Shown: positions 13,268-26,285 of the stretch, piece by piece
Layout of the letters: each line of letters starts with the position of its first letter
Position numbering within the stretch: the first letter of the stretch is position 1
Source: Phyllosticta citribraziliensis
Taxonomy: Eukaryota
Direction: 5' to 3'
Length of the DNA: 64,000 nucleotides
Assembly (NCBI RefSeq): GCF_038025025.1
Contig: NW_027117348.1
Location: 434,001-498,000 of the forward strand
Notes under the pieces: generated by a model
Told to the model about the DNA's origin: nothing
Databases searched by the model: none
The model's input: only the letters and a program-made list of their open reading frames with translations
Position numbers and translations under genes: made by a program

Positions 13268-14667
13268 GGGGAAGTTCGATTGTGCCATGACGTTTTTGGC
13301 GTACGAAGTCACGACTAATGGCTTGATGATTGGGGGTTCGGCGCCGGTATAGACCGGAGTTTGGAGAGTTTTCTTTCCTTTCGTCCCTTTCTCCTTGGAT
13401 TTGATGCCCGTTGTTCTTTCACGCGTTCAGAGCAAGCGACCGCGCGTCTTGCTTGCACTTTTGTCTCGTCCCCAAAGAGGGTCAGTTGGGAGACTGTACG
13501 ACACTGTATCGAGTGTATGATTTGGTTGTTTAAGCTTGGATTGTACACGCACTTGTCTACGTTTTCTGGAAAAGCCTTGGACCGAGGGGCTGGTCCCCGT
13601 GCCGCCTGGCACGGCGTATGAGAGCGTCAATGGATTGACGATTGGATCTATGGCATGTCGTGTCGTCGGCGTGATGTTTGACGTTCGCGTTGCTTTCTCT
13701 TTATGCTTCAGGCCGTGCTGCCAACTTACGCCGTTCATCGCGCGCCAGGAAGCCACACGCCTACACGCCTACACGGGGCAAACCAGCGCAAGTCCTCTCT
13801 CACCCGACGATGGCCTTGCCTGTCACAGACACCTTCCTCTGCGTACACGCCGTAGACATGCGCGCACACGTCGACATCGATTCGACGTCAGCGGCTGGGT
13901 ACAAAAAACGCTGCGCAGAACCAAGACGCCAAAGACAAAAATGTCCCAAAAATACGACGCCAGGCCAGCGAGGAACCAGTCACTCAGCCAGCCAGTCACT
14001 CATTCAGTCAGACAGTCAGTCACGCATCCGATGCGGGCGTGTGGTAGAGGGAGGGAGGGAGGGGGCGTTGGTATATTAGGGCGTAGGATGCGCGAGTGGG
14101 AGGGGTGCGCGGGTCAGATGATGGTGGATCATGGATGGATGGATGGATGGATGGATGCCGTCCGTGTGGCGCATGCGGCATGCGGATCGGACGACGGCGT
14201 CCACCTACGTAGGTGGGTGCGAGGCGTCCTATGTACCTGCATGCGTGCGCGTATCGTACTGCGTATCTAGTCATGCCAGCTGGACAGGGCGAGGTGTGGC
14301 GTTGCGCTGTGCTGCGCTGCGTTGGTTGGTAGAGTAGGCGAGGTCACGACTACATGTGTGCTGTTGAAGAGATGAGGGAAAACTTGTCCCATTTGACTAC
14401 CCAGTGTATCCTAGCTGTGTTTCTCTCTGGTCTTCTTTTCCCTTTCCCTTGCTCGCCATCTGATCCTTAAGCTCGTACATAGAATCCTGCCCAGTGCCTA
14501 CGCTGCCTGCCGGTACGCCAACACAAGGTGTGATGCCACACACGCAGAAGGAGAAGACCGGTGACGCCGGGGACGAGAGGCTCATCCAAAGCGTGTTCGG
14601 CAAAATGGCAACCTCCACCCATTATGCCCCTGTTCATTCAGTCCATCAATCCATGTGTGTCGCCTCC

Positions 14668-16870
14668 TCAGTTGACACCTTTGCCAGCCTTCTTCTTGCT
14701 CGACTTGTGCTTCTTCTTCTTGTGAGCGGTTGGAGTCTCTGCGGACTCCGAAACTTCGGACGCGGCCCTCTTGCGAGATTTAGATCCAGACTGTGCAAAG
14801 ATGTTTCTTGTTAGCTTGTTCAAATGGAAGATAAGTGCTCGACCTACAGATTTGGTTGTACCACCCTGGTGATGGTCACACGTGTTCGACGGTTGCAAAA
14901 CGGCATCCGGCGCGAACTTCTCCGGCTTGTAGCTAGCCGGCGTGACATTTGAGCCCATGGCCTCGAGCGATCGAGGGTCCATGGTGATCCTTCCAAGCTC
15001 TGCGACGAGCTTCTTCATCTTGACCTTCAAAGCCGAGTTCTCTGCTTTAACCTCTCCGTTTTCGGCTCTGACTTCAGCATTCTCAGCTTCAAGCTCGGCG
15101 ATCTTCTGGAGGTGCTTGCGCTCCGCCTTATCAATCTCATCAGCGACACTTCTCTGCATGAGTGTCCTTGCCTCTTCGTACGGTGCCTCAAGATGAGCGG
15201 CCAACAGGTCCCGCATATCCTTTTCTGGCGAGTCTTCTGAGCCGGAGTCATCCGACAGCCTCTCCGGCAGCGAACGGCTTGAGCGCAGTGACTCAGCTCC
15301 CGAATGCTCCGACCGCATGGACTCCGCAGACGACGACAGCGAAGGGTTTGAATACAGTGACTCAGCTCGCGAATGCTCCGACCGCGTGGACTCTGCAGAC
15401 TGCAGTGGTTCTGCTCGCGAATGCTCCGACTGCATGGACGCTGCAGAGGACGACTCAATGTACCGGCCTGGTTTTGTCAAATCATCTTCAGAAGCTTCCT
15501 TCACCAATTTTTGTCGTTTCTGCAGCTCCATCCAGCATGTGTTGGCGTACCGTTGACGGGTCTTGTGGTTGAAGTTGAAGAAGCCCGGAAGTTTGCACTC
15601 AAGAACTTTCCGGATCTCTTTGCAACTCTTTTCCGTGCCGTCAAGCACGGTCAAATTCAAGTCCCTATAGAGTCAGAATGTGCACATTTGGAGGGTCAGG
15701 ACGCTTCAATCATACATTCTGGGGCGAAGGCTATCATCAGCAGATGACGGGACATTGGCCTTCTTTTCCTGCCTCGCTGTCTTTTGCTGCTTTTCGAGAT
15801 TTTCCCAACATGTGAGCGCAATCTGGTTTGCCCTGCTGGCGTTCAGATCCCTCTCGAATTCCGGGAAAAAATCCTCGAGCTTCTTCTCGACGTCTCTGTA
15901 GCTTCTTTCAGTACCATCGAAGCACGCGGCGTACGGTTCACTAAGTACTAAGTCAGAATGGTGACAATCTGGGGCATCAGGATGGCTCACTTGTCGCTCG
16001 ATGCAGGCACGGGGAAGTATTCGAGCAAGACAATTTGCTTGTCGCCCTCGGGCTTGGAATTCTTCGGTCGCTTGCCCTGCCTTTGCAGCGCCGTCATCAA
16101 TTTGCCGGCAAACTTCCTCCGGTCGGCGGCGATCCAGTCCCTGAACTCCGGATAGTTCCTCAGAAGTGAATCTGTGACTTGGGAAGAATTCTTTTCCGAG
16201 CCGCTAAGGTAGACAAGGTGCGCGTCCCTACAAGGTCAGAAGATGTGCATGTTTCGATTCGGCGTGTTGCCTTACAAGTTGGCGGTGGCACGAGACGCCT
16301 GGTGCTTCGCGTCTGGTTGTCCGGCAGGTTCTTTTGCTTGTGCTCCAGTTTTTTCCAGCGCTTCCTTGCAGTTGTGCACGACGACATTTTGCTTGCGAGA
16401 GGGCCAGGTCTTGAACTCTGGATGATTTTTGGAGAGAGACTTTCGGACTTCCTTGTAATCTCGTTCCGAGCCTTTGAAGTAGGCCAAGTAGGAATCCCTA
16501 GATGATCAGAATTGGTGGGCCCAAAGCAGGGTGACGGCTTACGCTTTGGCAGAGAAAGACTGATCTGCTGAAAGTGATGAATCATCAGACTCGCTACAGG
16601 AGTCATCTAAGCGGGTTTCAAGCTTCGCGTTGCCTTGATTGCGCTTTCCTCCGCGTTGACTTTCGATTGCCTGCATGCACCTGCGCGTATAACTCGTGCG
16701 TTTCGCAATTGACCAACCGACGAACTCAGGATGGCGCTTCAGAAGAGCATTCCTGACTTGGTCAAAGTCTTTCTCCGACCCGTCGAGATACTCAAGTAAA
16801 GGGTCTCTGCTTACTCGGTCAGGAAGTGTTTGTGTTGGATCATGGCAATGACTTACTTCTTCTTGGCCAT
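14668..16870 (-). CDS. Orphan 652-aa protein: five exon-encoded ~50-aa repeats, Ser-rich short repeats, coiled coil, basic tail
   Basis: Exons 16870-16857, 16806-16543, 16497-16276, 16227-15991, 15940-15716 and 15664-14668. The five GT-AG introns (45-51 nt, all phase 2) splice into one open frame of 1959 nt. Each exon after the first begins with [DE]xxxxx[LF]xG[ST]E[KR]xxxx[VI]xxxLxxxxP[EG]F. Confidence 0.8.
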
Positions 16871-17707
16871 GGCAGGCGACGGGCACCCTGCAGAGCAGAG
16901 GAGTGCGGGTGCGGTGAACGATCGATCGCGGCAGCTGAACGCGCGCGCGAGCAAGCGATGCGGATCCCGACCGACGAGTGGGGAGGGGGGTGTTGGGAGG
17001 AGGAGGGTGTTGACGACGCGTGGAGGATGGACTTTGCGCCGGCGGTGGGCGGGTCGTGGAGGTTGTCTCCAACGAGGCAGGTGGGCAGACGTCGCTTCCT
17101 GTTTGGGAAATTGCCGTCGAGGCGGGCGGTCGAGCAAACAACCAACGACTCGATGCCAGCTCTACTCACCCTCTGGATTACCTCGCGCACCAGGTGCTTT
17201 GAACTCGTTCGTCTACGCAAAGAAACAGGGTGCAGTGGTGAGTCTGCCGATGCTTTCCCCTTCGTAGAGATGCTGCAGGCAAACGGCGAGGAGGAGAGGA
17301 AGAACTAGAAGAAGAGAAAGATATGAGACGGGCCTGGCTAACCTACCTCCTCCTAGTGAAATAGAGATGTACCTCGAGGCCTAGAAATGTCCATCTCTTG
17401 AAAGCAACGTGATTTCAGCATGCACGTTTAAACCAAGCCTTGCCTCAGCGATGGCGGCAACATCACATCCAGTCTTTTCACATCGCAAGATACAACCACG
17501 GGCAAGGGGAACGACAACTCCATTTCTCCCTTCATCTACAGACAGTCTTCCCCCGTTCATGCTTTTTCCCAGCCCTCTTCCCCATGATAACCACTTTTTG
17601 CCGCAAGCTCCACTGCAGAAACCGAGAAGCAAACGCCCAAACACCATGCGCAGGCCCGTGGGCCACTCGTGTCTCGCAGCATCGCCATTGTATAGCTTGG
17701 GGCGGTA

Positions 17708-18062
17708 TTACCGCAGGCGGCGGGCCTCGCGCTCGGACTCGAGGAGGCACAAGATGTCGTTTTCGCGCACTATTGCAACGTCAGCAACCGCCATGCCCCG
17801 TCCACGTCTCCTCGTGTATGGTCTCGGGTGTCTCGTCTCGAGGTGGGGGATCGTCACGTACCAGGGCCCTTGACGTTGCGGATGATGCTGCGGGTGGTGT
17901 CGTCCATGAATTCGACGCGGACCTGGGTCACGCCGCCGCGAGAGCCTGGAGCGACGGTTAACCAGATGGTTCAGCAGTGGAATGTTGAGCAGGCAGCATA
18001 CCAGTGCGGCCCAGGACGCGAGTGACCTTGACGAGCTTGACGGGAACCTTGGCGCTATCCAT
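17708..18062 (-). CDS. RPS28: 40S ribosomal protein S28 (eS28), 2 introns
   Basis: Spliced product [68 protein letters not shown]. Confidence 0.97.
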
Positions 18063-18467
18063 TTTGAAATGCGGACAAATGGTCGACGGGTGGTGTCTGG
18101 GGTGGAGAGAGGAATTGAAGATGTTCAGACGAGGTGTTTCGGCGCGGTCCGAAGGTGAAGTCGATTGACGAGGGCGGAGGCGGAGGCGGCGAGCGGAAGT
18201 GGAATTGGTGTGCGGCGGGAAATCTTGGCGCGCCAGCCTCCGCCGCGGAACTAGGAAACGCCCCAGGAACCAGACGAATTGGGAAAGAAAGAAAGGCCAG
18301 AGACAAAGGCCAAAGTCGACCGTCAACCCCCGAGCAGCTTGGCCAACTCCATCACCATCCACATCCCGAGACAGACTCACTCCATCGCCCAAGGCCAAGG
18401 AAGCAATGACGCCCTTCGAGCCTCCGGCGGCGGCGGGCGCGGGCCAATCAACCCCACCACATGGGCC

Positions 18468-18474
18468 TGACTCA
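18468..18474. promoter_or_regulatory. Gcn4/CpcA response element in the RPS28-HIS1 divergent promoter
   Basis: Perfect TGACTCA about 180 bp upstream of the HIS1 ATG, with CCAAT about 25 bp further upstream. Amino-acid biosynthesis genes are known cross-pathway-control targets. Confidence 0.6.
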
Positions 18475-18652
18475 CTGCTAGAATTTACAGCACCGGACCG
18501 CATCGCATCGCATCATACTACCGCAAACCATCCCCACCCAATCTCGCTCCTCGCCGCCCTCCGCCGTTGACCGTCTGTCCCGGCCCCTACTACTTCTCTT
18601 CCGCATTCTCTCCCCTCATTGAACGCGACACTCTGAACTGCGCTGCTTCGCC

Positions 18653-19810
18653 ATGGATCTCGTCAACCAGTATGCTGCTCCCAAGCACCCAATGGCACCT
18701 GTCGCAACCTAACTCGACCAGCCTCACCGACCGTCTCCTCTTCGCCGTCCCCAAGAGTCCGTAGCCTCACCTCCTCTGGCGCGAGTCCTCTCCGCTGACA
18801 TTACACGCAATCCGCAGAGGGCCGCCTCCACCAAGCCTGCCTCGACCTCCTCCACGGCTCCGACATTCAATTCCACCGCCACTCGCGCCTCGACATTGCC
18901 CTCGTCAAGAACCTGCCAATTGCCCTCATCTTCCTCCCCGCCGCTGATATTCCCACCTTCGTCGGCGAGGGTCGCGTCGACCTTGGAATCACAGGCCGCG
19001 ACCAGGTCGCCGAGCACGAAGCCGTGTCCCCGCCGACTGCCGACACGGGCGTCGAAGAGGTTCTCGACCTCGACTTTGGCCGATGCCGCCTGCAGGTGCA
19101 GGTCCCCGAAAAGGGCGACATTGAGACCCCGGAGCAGCTGGTCGGCAAGAACATTGTCACCAGCTTCACGAACCTGGCGGAGCGCTACTTCTTGGAGCTG
19201 GAGGCCAAGCAGGAGGGCAAGGAGCTGAATGGCGACGCGGCTGGAAAGAAGTCTAAGACCAACATTAAGTATGTCGGAGGCAGTGTCGAGGCTGCCTGCG
19301 CATTGGGCGTTGCCGACGGCATTGTCGACCTTGTTGGTGAGTATCCCAGCTGAGCGCAAGAGGGATCGCGTTGACATGGTGCAGAATCCGGCGAGACGAT
19401 GCGCGCGGCTGGCCTCAAGGCTATTTCGACCGTCATCGAGACGACTGCCATCCTCATCAAGTCCAAGAAGGTCTCCGACCCCAAGCTCGTCGACTTGATC
19501 GCCGCCCGCATCCGCGGTGTCATCAGTGAGTTTTCCCTAGCTCTCCGCAGCTGCTTTCCCGCTGACCCAGACAGCCGCCCAAAAGTACGTCCTCTGCACT
19601 TACAACGTCGAGCGCGCACAGCTCAAGGCCGCCTGCGACATTACGCCGGGCAAGCGCGCGCCCACGGTCAACTCGCTCGAGGAGAGCGGCTGGGTCGCCG
19701 TCAGCGCCATGGTCGAGCGCAAGCGCATCGCCCTCGTTATGGACGAGCTGAGCAGTGTCGGTGCCTGCGACATTCTGGTCACGAGGATCGACAACTCGCG
19801 CACTGGTTGA
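18653..19810 (+). CDS. HIS1: ATP phosphoribosyltransferase
   Basis: Spliced MDLVNH|LTDRLLFAVPK|KGRL...LIFLPAADIPTFVGEGRVDLGITGRDQV...GSVEAACALGVADGIVDLV|ESGETMRAAGLK...ITPGKRAPTV...DILVTRIDNSRTG*; 4 introns. Confidence 0.95.
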
Positions 19811-22596
19811 GCTGCGCTTTCCAGGGGACGACGGGGATTATCGAAAAAAGAAGCATTTTACTTGCGGATCCACGTGGCGGGGTTACGTGCGTCCAAGCAA
19901 CCCTCGAGCCGGGCCGTCGCTATTCGCGATGCGGCGCTGGGAAGGGTTACGTATGGTTGCAGCACTCTCCATTGCTAGGACGGGCGCGGGCGAGAGCTGC
20001 GGAGCAAAAGTCTTAAGTGATGGTCTAGACGGGTAGATGGATTGTAAGGCTTGTCTTGCTTATATGGCGCAGGGTAGACGGTACGTGCTGTAATCAAACA
20101 ATCTCCAAATATTCGATTCGTCTACATCTCTCCGTCAATTTTCTTTCGTTTCTGAGTCTGGAAGTCCCGACTTCTCCTCATACGCGCGATGACTTTCCCC
20201 CTGAATGCCACCCAACAGCATCATCCCCCAGGGAAAAAGGTCACCATCATCAAACAATACTCGACATTCCCATCCCACCGCTCCTCTGCGCTGCGCTGCC
20301 CTCCGCATCCGCTCAAGTCCCAGCGCAAACAAAACCTCCAGAAACAGTAAAAGAAAGCCGATGGTCAAGCACAGCAAGTGCGAAAAGACACCAACAGAAA
20401 CAGACAAGTATACTCCAACAAGAATTGGGCGCACACCGCAGTTTCATGGTATCAGTATGTCGGCTCTGCATCGACGCCGTGCCTGTTACTGTGCGATGGG
20501 CTGGGGAGAAGGAGGGCAGGCGGGCGTTTTATATCAGCGTCGATGGATGCCTGGCGCGCAGGCAGGCGGTGGTGGTGGCTGCGCGTGGATGCCCCCTGCG
20601 CGTGTGATGGCCCCCTATCCGCGTGAATGCCCCCTGTGCGCGTGCGCGTGGGAATCGCGGTATTGCGTGTGCTCCAATGCACGGGGCTGTGACTCACGAC
20701 ATCACGCTCTCTTTCTCTACACCTGGCTTCCAAGGCCTGTGACTGCCAGGGCCCGGGCCTCCTTTTCTGACTGGGTGGTATAAAGGATGTTCTTCTCGCC
20801 GAGCTGGGCAGCGCACACTTATCCAAGCCTTGTCCTTGCTGGTGGGAGATGTACAGCCTACCCAAGAGTGAACTGTTGTTGGTGGCTGTCGTCTACTTCC
20901 ATTCCAGCCAAGAATCCGACTTTTCCGCCTTTGGTGCTAACTGGACGCCGTCGGATTTTATCATTCCCAGCAAACGCTGCTCAGCATTGTTTTCTGCTCA
21001 TGAAGGAGGGCGGTGGCACCCTCTTTTGCAAGATCAACACCTGCCCCGGAAGCTCTCCCTAGGAAGCAAACAAGGCGAACAGCAAGTAGGGAATTCGAGA
21101 ACGCGCCAGACCGCCCCAGCAGTGGAAACTGGAAAATTCTTCGGCCGGTGCTGTGGCAGCGAATCCTCGGGCGCATTGGCAGGAATTTGGAGCGCCGGAA
21201 GGGAGCGTTATATACCTCCTACTCCAGAGTTAGTTTCCTGTGCGTGCACCGCGTGGACATCCCTTATGTGCGACATCGGTGGCATGTGCTAGGTCACAAA
21301 GGCTTCTCATCTGCACGCGGAGTAACATGTGCTACCAGGTCACGGCAATGAGCACCGTGCTTTGGCCATTCTGTCATGTCTTCGCGCGTGGCAAAGATCC
21401 ACTAGGGAAAAGGTATAAAAGGGGCGTAACTCGCAGAGCAAAAGTTTCAACGACAGTCCTCGATTGTCCATCCATCCATCCATGGTTGACAGATTACCAC
21501 CACGCAAGATACTTGCCGTGCGTCGTGCGTCCGGGATTTGAGAATTTGCTGCAAACATGGCTGAATTGTTGTCGTCAACGTGACGGAATGCTGCTTGGCT
21601 CCATCCGCTAACAATGTGGTAGAATTTAGCAAGCCTGAAGCCTGTGAGGAGTCTGGTGAGCACACCATCATCCTTTATTGTCTTGCTGCTTGCAGGCGAA
21701 CACTTGATTTGTAAAGGGGCGAAAGAGACGAGACAGCTGATTACGTGGTGGAATCACCGTGGAGGCCAAGGGGGTGGATGAGGACCTCGCGCGTAGTGGA
21801 GAAAGACATGAGGTAGAGGGAATCTGTGGCCAGTGCGCACCACGCCCATTACAAGACATCGTGGCATACCAACGTCGGTACCAATGCGAGAGATCTCGCA
21901 GTGGGCAAACAAAATACGCGAGATTTGCGAAGAGAGAGAGAGACCTGAAATCGCAGAGAGATGGAAAGGCCTGGCACCTTGGGGCAATGTGCAGGAAGGA
22001 AGTAATTCGAGTTCTGACAATTCATCAGCGTCGAGACCTGACGGATAACGCTCTTGAAAAGGCTTCAATGATTTTTGTCTAACTCTACATCCGTGTCTTA
22101 GTCTGGTGGACTTGGATTTTATGCCAAGAAAGTCTCGCTTGAATTGAGCTGCGCCGATCTTGACTGGCCCAGAAATGGATGCGCTCAGCTACACTCATGC
22201 CCAGTCCGTCATGGTGGGTGTCAAGAGAGATGAGATCTCCTGGAACTGCGGCTCGATGCAGAGAGCGTTAATTTACTGCCATGGCTGCCGTGGGGGCCGT
22301 CATCCACCGTCACCGCCACGCCCAGGGAGTCCCGATTCTTTCGACACCCGCTGTGCTGAGGCAGTCATCAACATCCGGGGTCATCGTCTGGAGTACGTGG
22401 AGAACTCGGGGAAAGCTCGAAGTTGCTCGCGCCACGAGTCACCTCATTACGTCAATCTGCAGGGACCTCTGCGCCAAGGTCGCCATTGACGAAGTTTGGC
22501 AGAGCCTGGCGGGCGGGCGAGACGATCCATCCACTCAACCTCCGCAGCCCCGCCATCTCTGCTCCATATCCCCGTGGAGAAGGCACCTGGCAATGC

Positions 22597-23543
22597 TCAG
22601 AGCTTCCCCTCCTTGTTGGGCCGTCGCTTTGCCGTGTTCCTCGACGAGTCCAAGATCAGCGCGACCTGACTGCTCAAGGCGATAATGTCACCGGTTTCGT
22701 CCATAATGACGACCTCGAGGTCCTGACGACCGTTTCTGATCTTTTTGGCCCTGACCCGCGCAAAGAGCCATTCGACGCCCTCGGCCGGCAACGCCTTCTT
22801 GACGTCGAGGTTCAGCAAGAGCGTAGGATACCAAGAAAGAGCTTGGTCGGCGGGACTTTTGTAGGCCTCGACAATCTGCGGCCAAAGATCTGCCACAAGG
22901 CCGACGCTCTCGTTTGTGAACCTCTCGCCGTTGGGAAACCTCAGCCATTCATCGGCCAGACTGCGCATGGCCTGGCCACGGCGCGGGAGGTGCGTCCGCA
23001 CATGACCGTATACCTTGCGGAAGTTGGGAAAGGGCCGGTTCTTTTGCAACTCCCAATGCTCGTCCTTGTCCTGTACCAACCTGGCGAGATCGACCGAAGG
23101 TGGTGGCGGATGAAGGGACCAGTCGGTCTCGAGCGAGATGCCCTCTTCGGCGTGCAGGTTGGAGTTGGTGAGGTAGCCAACTACTGCCTCACGGCCGCCT
23201 TGGCTCAGCGACACGTGGATGTTGGACGTCTGCCGGCCTAATTTCAAGTCTTGGACGGTGAAGACAGCCGGGCCTTCTTGGGTGCGGCGCAGGAACTCGA
23301 GGTGCAGGGTGATGGTGTGGGGCTGGTTCTGGCGGGCCAGGGTCGTCCTGAAGTGGGCGGCAGCGACCTGGAGAAATACCGCCGTCACAAAGCCGCCATG
23401 GGGGACTGCAAGGGGTCAGCATTCGAGCCATTTGGGAGCTTGGGATACGGACCCGAACCGACACACCACGACGAGTCAAAGTTGGCGGCGTAAGAGTGAG
23501 AGGTCAAGGGCTTGACGGCAGAGGCCTCGGCGAAGGAGGCCAT
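22597..23543 (-). CDS. Thioesterase-like (double hot-dog fold) protein
   Basis: MASFAEASAVKPLTSHSYAANFDSSWCVGS|VPHGGFVTAVF, LHLEFLRRTQEGPA, KLGRQTS, WYPTLLLNLDVKK, NGRQDLEVVIMDE; ends in GKL. Confidence 0.85.
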
Positions 23544-23987
23544 GATGGGTGTGCGAAAGGGCCGAAGGCAGACCGAAATGCTGCGTCACAAGTTGCTGGG
23601 GGCTTCATCGGGGTCGAGGGAGAAATATGTTGATGGGCATGGCGGAGGACAAGGACGGTGACGCTGAGGTTCCGAACGGAGAGAAGCCTCGGCTGAGGGT
23701 CGATGTCGTTGCCGGTGACGCAGTGCGGTCTTGCTGGTGTCGCGGTCAGGACTTACGGCGTGCAAGACCTCGGTCTCAGAGCTCCCCCGGATTCTGGCCT
23801 GGGGCTCCACTTTCCGTCGTCACCTCCCCGCAAGCCCGCATTAGGTCCAGTCCAGTCCCGCTTCGCATGCCGCTTATCCTATCTCTTTTCCCAAAAAGCC
23901 CAATGGCCTCGCCGCACTGCTTCTTCTAAATTGTCTCTCGTCGCCGTCTCTGTCTCTCCGCTGTCTCAACCTCTCCTCCCACCGACA

Positions 23988-25831
23988 ATGCCTACCGACT
24001 CGCCGTACCCCGCCATTTCCGTTCCCGACGTCGACATTTGGGCCTTTTTGTTCGAGAGAAGAGACCGCCCTTTTCCGGATGACAAAGGTGGGGTTGCCAT
24101 GAGACGAGCTTTTACTGTTCGCATGCCAGCCGTCAACTTGTGAGACCAGCTTGACTCGGGGCTAACGCGCTCCAGTAATCTACCACGACCCCAACACCAA
24201 GCGCTCCTACACATATGCTCAGGTCAAGTCTACGGCAATCGACTTTGGCAAGGGCCTCAAGGGTCTCTGGGACTGGCAAAAGGGTGACGTCGTCGCCTTG
24301 TTCTCGCCCAACTGCATAGACACGCCAGCCATCACATGGGGCACCCATTGGGCGGGGGGGATCATCTCGCCGGCAAACCCCACCTACACGGTCGATGAGC
24401 TTGCCTTTCAGCTGAAAAATGCCGGGGCAAAGGCGGTCGTTACCCAATTGCCTCTGGTGCCCATGGTCAAGAACGCCGCCGATATTGCAGGCGTGCCTCA
24501 GGACAGAATCATCGTAATGGGCGATGCGCGGGACCCCAGCGGCACGGTGAAGCACTTTACGAGCATAAGAAACATTTCTGGCACAGCGCGCTTCAGGAGG
24601 ACAAAGCTGAAGCCGAATGAGGATCTCGCTTTTCTTGTCTACTCTTCCGGCACCACTGGACACCCCAAGGGCGTAATGTTGACGCATAGAAACATTGTCG
24701 CAAACACCCTGATGAATTATGCAGTCGAGGGCAAGAACCTGCACTGGGATGACGGACCACATGGACCGTCGGACAAGGTGCTTGCGTTTCTCCCCTTTTT
24801 TCACATTTACGGTGAGCAACATCCCTTTGTATCCAGTGCCGCGCTGACTGAGTAGGTCTCACGTGCCTGATACACCACAGCATGCTCGGCGGCATGGAGC
24901 TGGTGGTCATGGACAAGTTTGACTTGGAGAAGTTCTGCCGCATCGTCCAAGACTACCGCATCACATTCGCATATCTCGTCCCTCCTGTCGTGCTCATGCT
25001 CACCAAGAACCCTCTGGTCGACAAGTACGATCTTTCCTCCCTGCGCATGACCAACTCGGGGGCCGCGCCCCTCACCCAGGAGCTCGTCAACGATTTGTAC
25101 GCCAAGCGCAAGATACCTGTCAAGCAAGGCTACGGCTTGAGCGAGACCAGCCCGACAACACACGCGCAAGAATGGACTGACTGGAACAAGAAGATTGGAG
25201 CTGTGGGCAAGCTGCTGCCGAACCAGACCGGCAAGTACATGAGCCCGGAGGAGACGGAGGTGCCCGTTGGACAAACTGGTGAGCTGTGGATCAAGGGGCC
25301 AAACGTGTTCAAGGGCTACTGGAAGAACCCAGAGGCGACCAAGAATGCGCTCACGGAGGATGGCTTCTTCAGGACGGGAGACGTCGGCCACCAGGACAAT
25401 GAGGGGCACTTTTACATTACGGACAGGGTCAAAGAGTTGATCAAATTCAAGGGTGTGCATAGGCCCTTTGCGTCACATGTTCCAGTCGCTGATCCATCGC
25501 AGGCTTCCAAGTTCCACCTGCAGAGCTCGAAGGCCTCCTCGTCTCGCACCCATCCGTGTCGGACGTAGCAGTGATTGGCATCTACGACAAGCAACAGGCG
25601 ACCGAGGTGCCCCGTGCCTATGTTGTTGCGGTAGCAGGCGTTGAGCGCACCCCCGAGACGGAGAAGCAGATTGTCGACTGGTTGACGGATCGGGTCGCCC
25701 ACCACAAGCGCCTGCGCGGGGGCGTTCGGTTTGTCGACGAGATACCCAAGAGCGTCAGCGGCAAGATCTTGCGGCGCCTGCTGAAGGAGCGGGCTCTGAA
25801 AGAGGAGGAGGGCCCGAAGGCGCGGTTGTAG
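23988..25831 (+). CDS. 4-coumarate:CoA ligase-like / phenylacetyl-CoA ligase-like acyl-CoA ligase, predicted peroxisomal
   Basis: AMP-binding YSSGTTGHPKGV, LPFFHIYG, QGYGLSETSP, FFRTGDVG, DRVKELIKFKG|FQVPPAELE, IPKSVSGKILRR; C-terminal ARL fits the PTS1 consensus; 3 introns. Confidence 0.92.
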
Positions 25832-26161
25832 GCTGGCCGATGGGGTCTTGTCATAGGGCGTGCATATGTCATGTACAGCAAAGCGTGTTTATCGTAAGAG
25901 CAGAGAGATAGGGATACCCGTCTGGAATGAGATTTCGAATGAACATGGTGTCTATGTCACGGCTCTTCCAAATCAGTGCAGACGTCGTGATTGCGAAGCT
26001 GTCTTTCTCGAATTGATGCCTCCTCTTGCATCCAGACAGCTCGTTCACCTGCCTCGCAATTGCAGAACAACTCCGGTGCCTCAATCGCCCAACCCTCAAC
26101 ACTCGCTCCTCGTACCCGCAAAAAACAAAAAGCAAACACTGCGCCAAACGGCAAAAGAATC

Positions 26162-26285
26162 TGGTACGAGTGAGGATCGAACTCACGCGGACTTACGCCC
26201 AATAGGGAGTAGCTCATGTTGCAGTGCCACTTTAGTGTTTAGCTAAGCTTAAACCTATCGCCTTAAACCACTCGGCCATCGTACC
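26162..26285 (-). tRNA. tRNA-Leu(UAA) with a ~41-nt intron
   Basis: Minus strand: acceptor stem GGTACGA/TCGTACC plus discriminator A, A box TGGCCGAGTGG, anticodon stem ATAGG/CCTAT with TAA anticodon followed by an intron, long variable arm, T arm GTGAG-TTCGATC-CTCAC, and T runs downstream (Pol III terminator). Confidence 0.9.
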
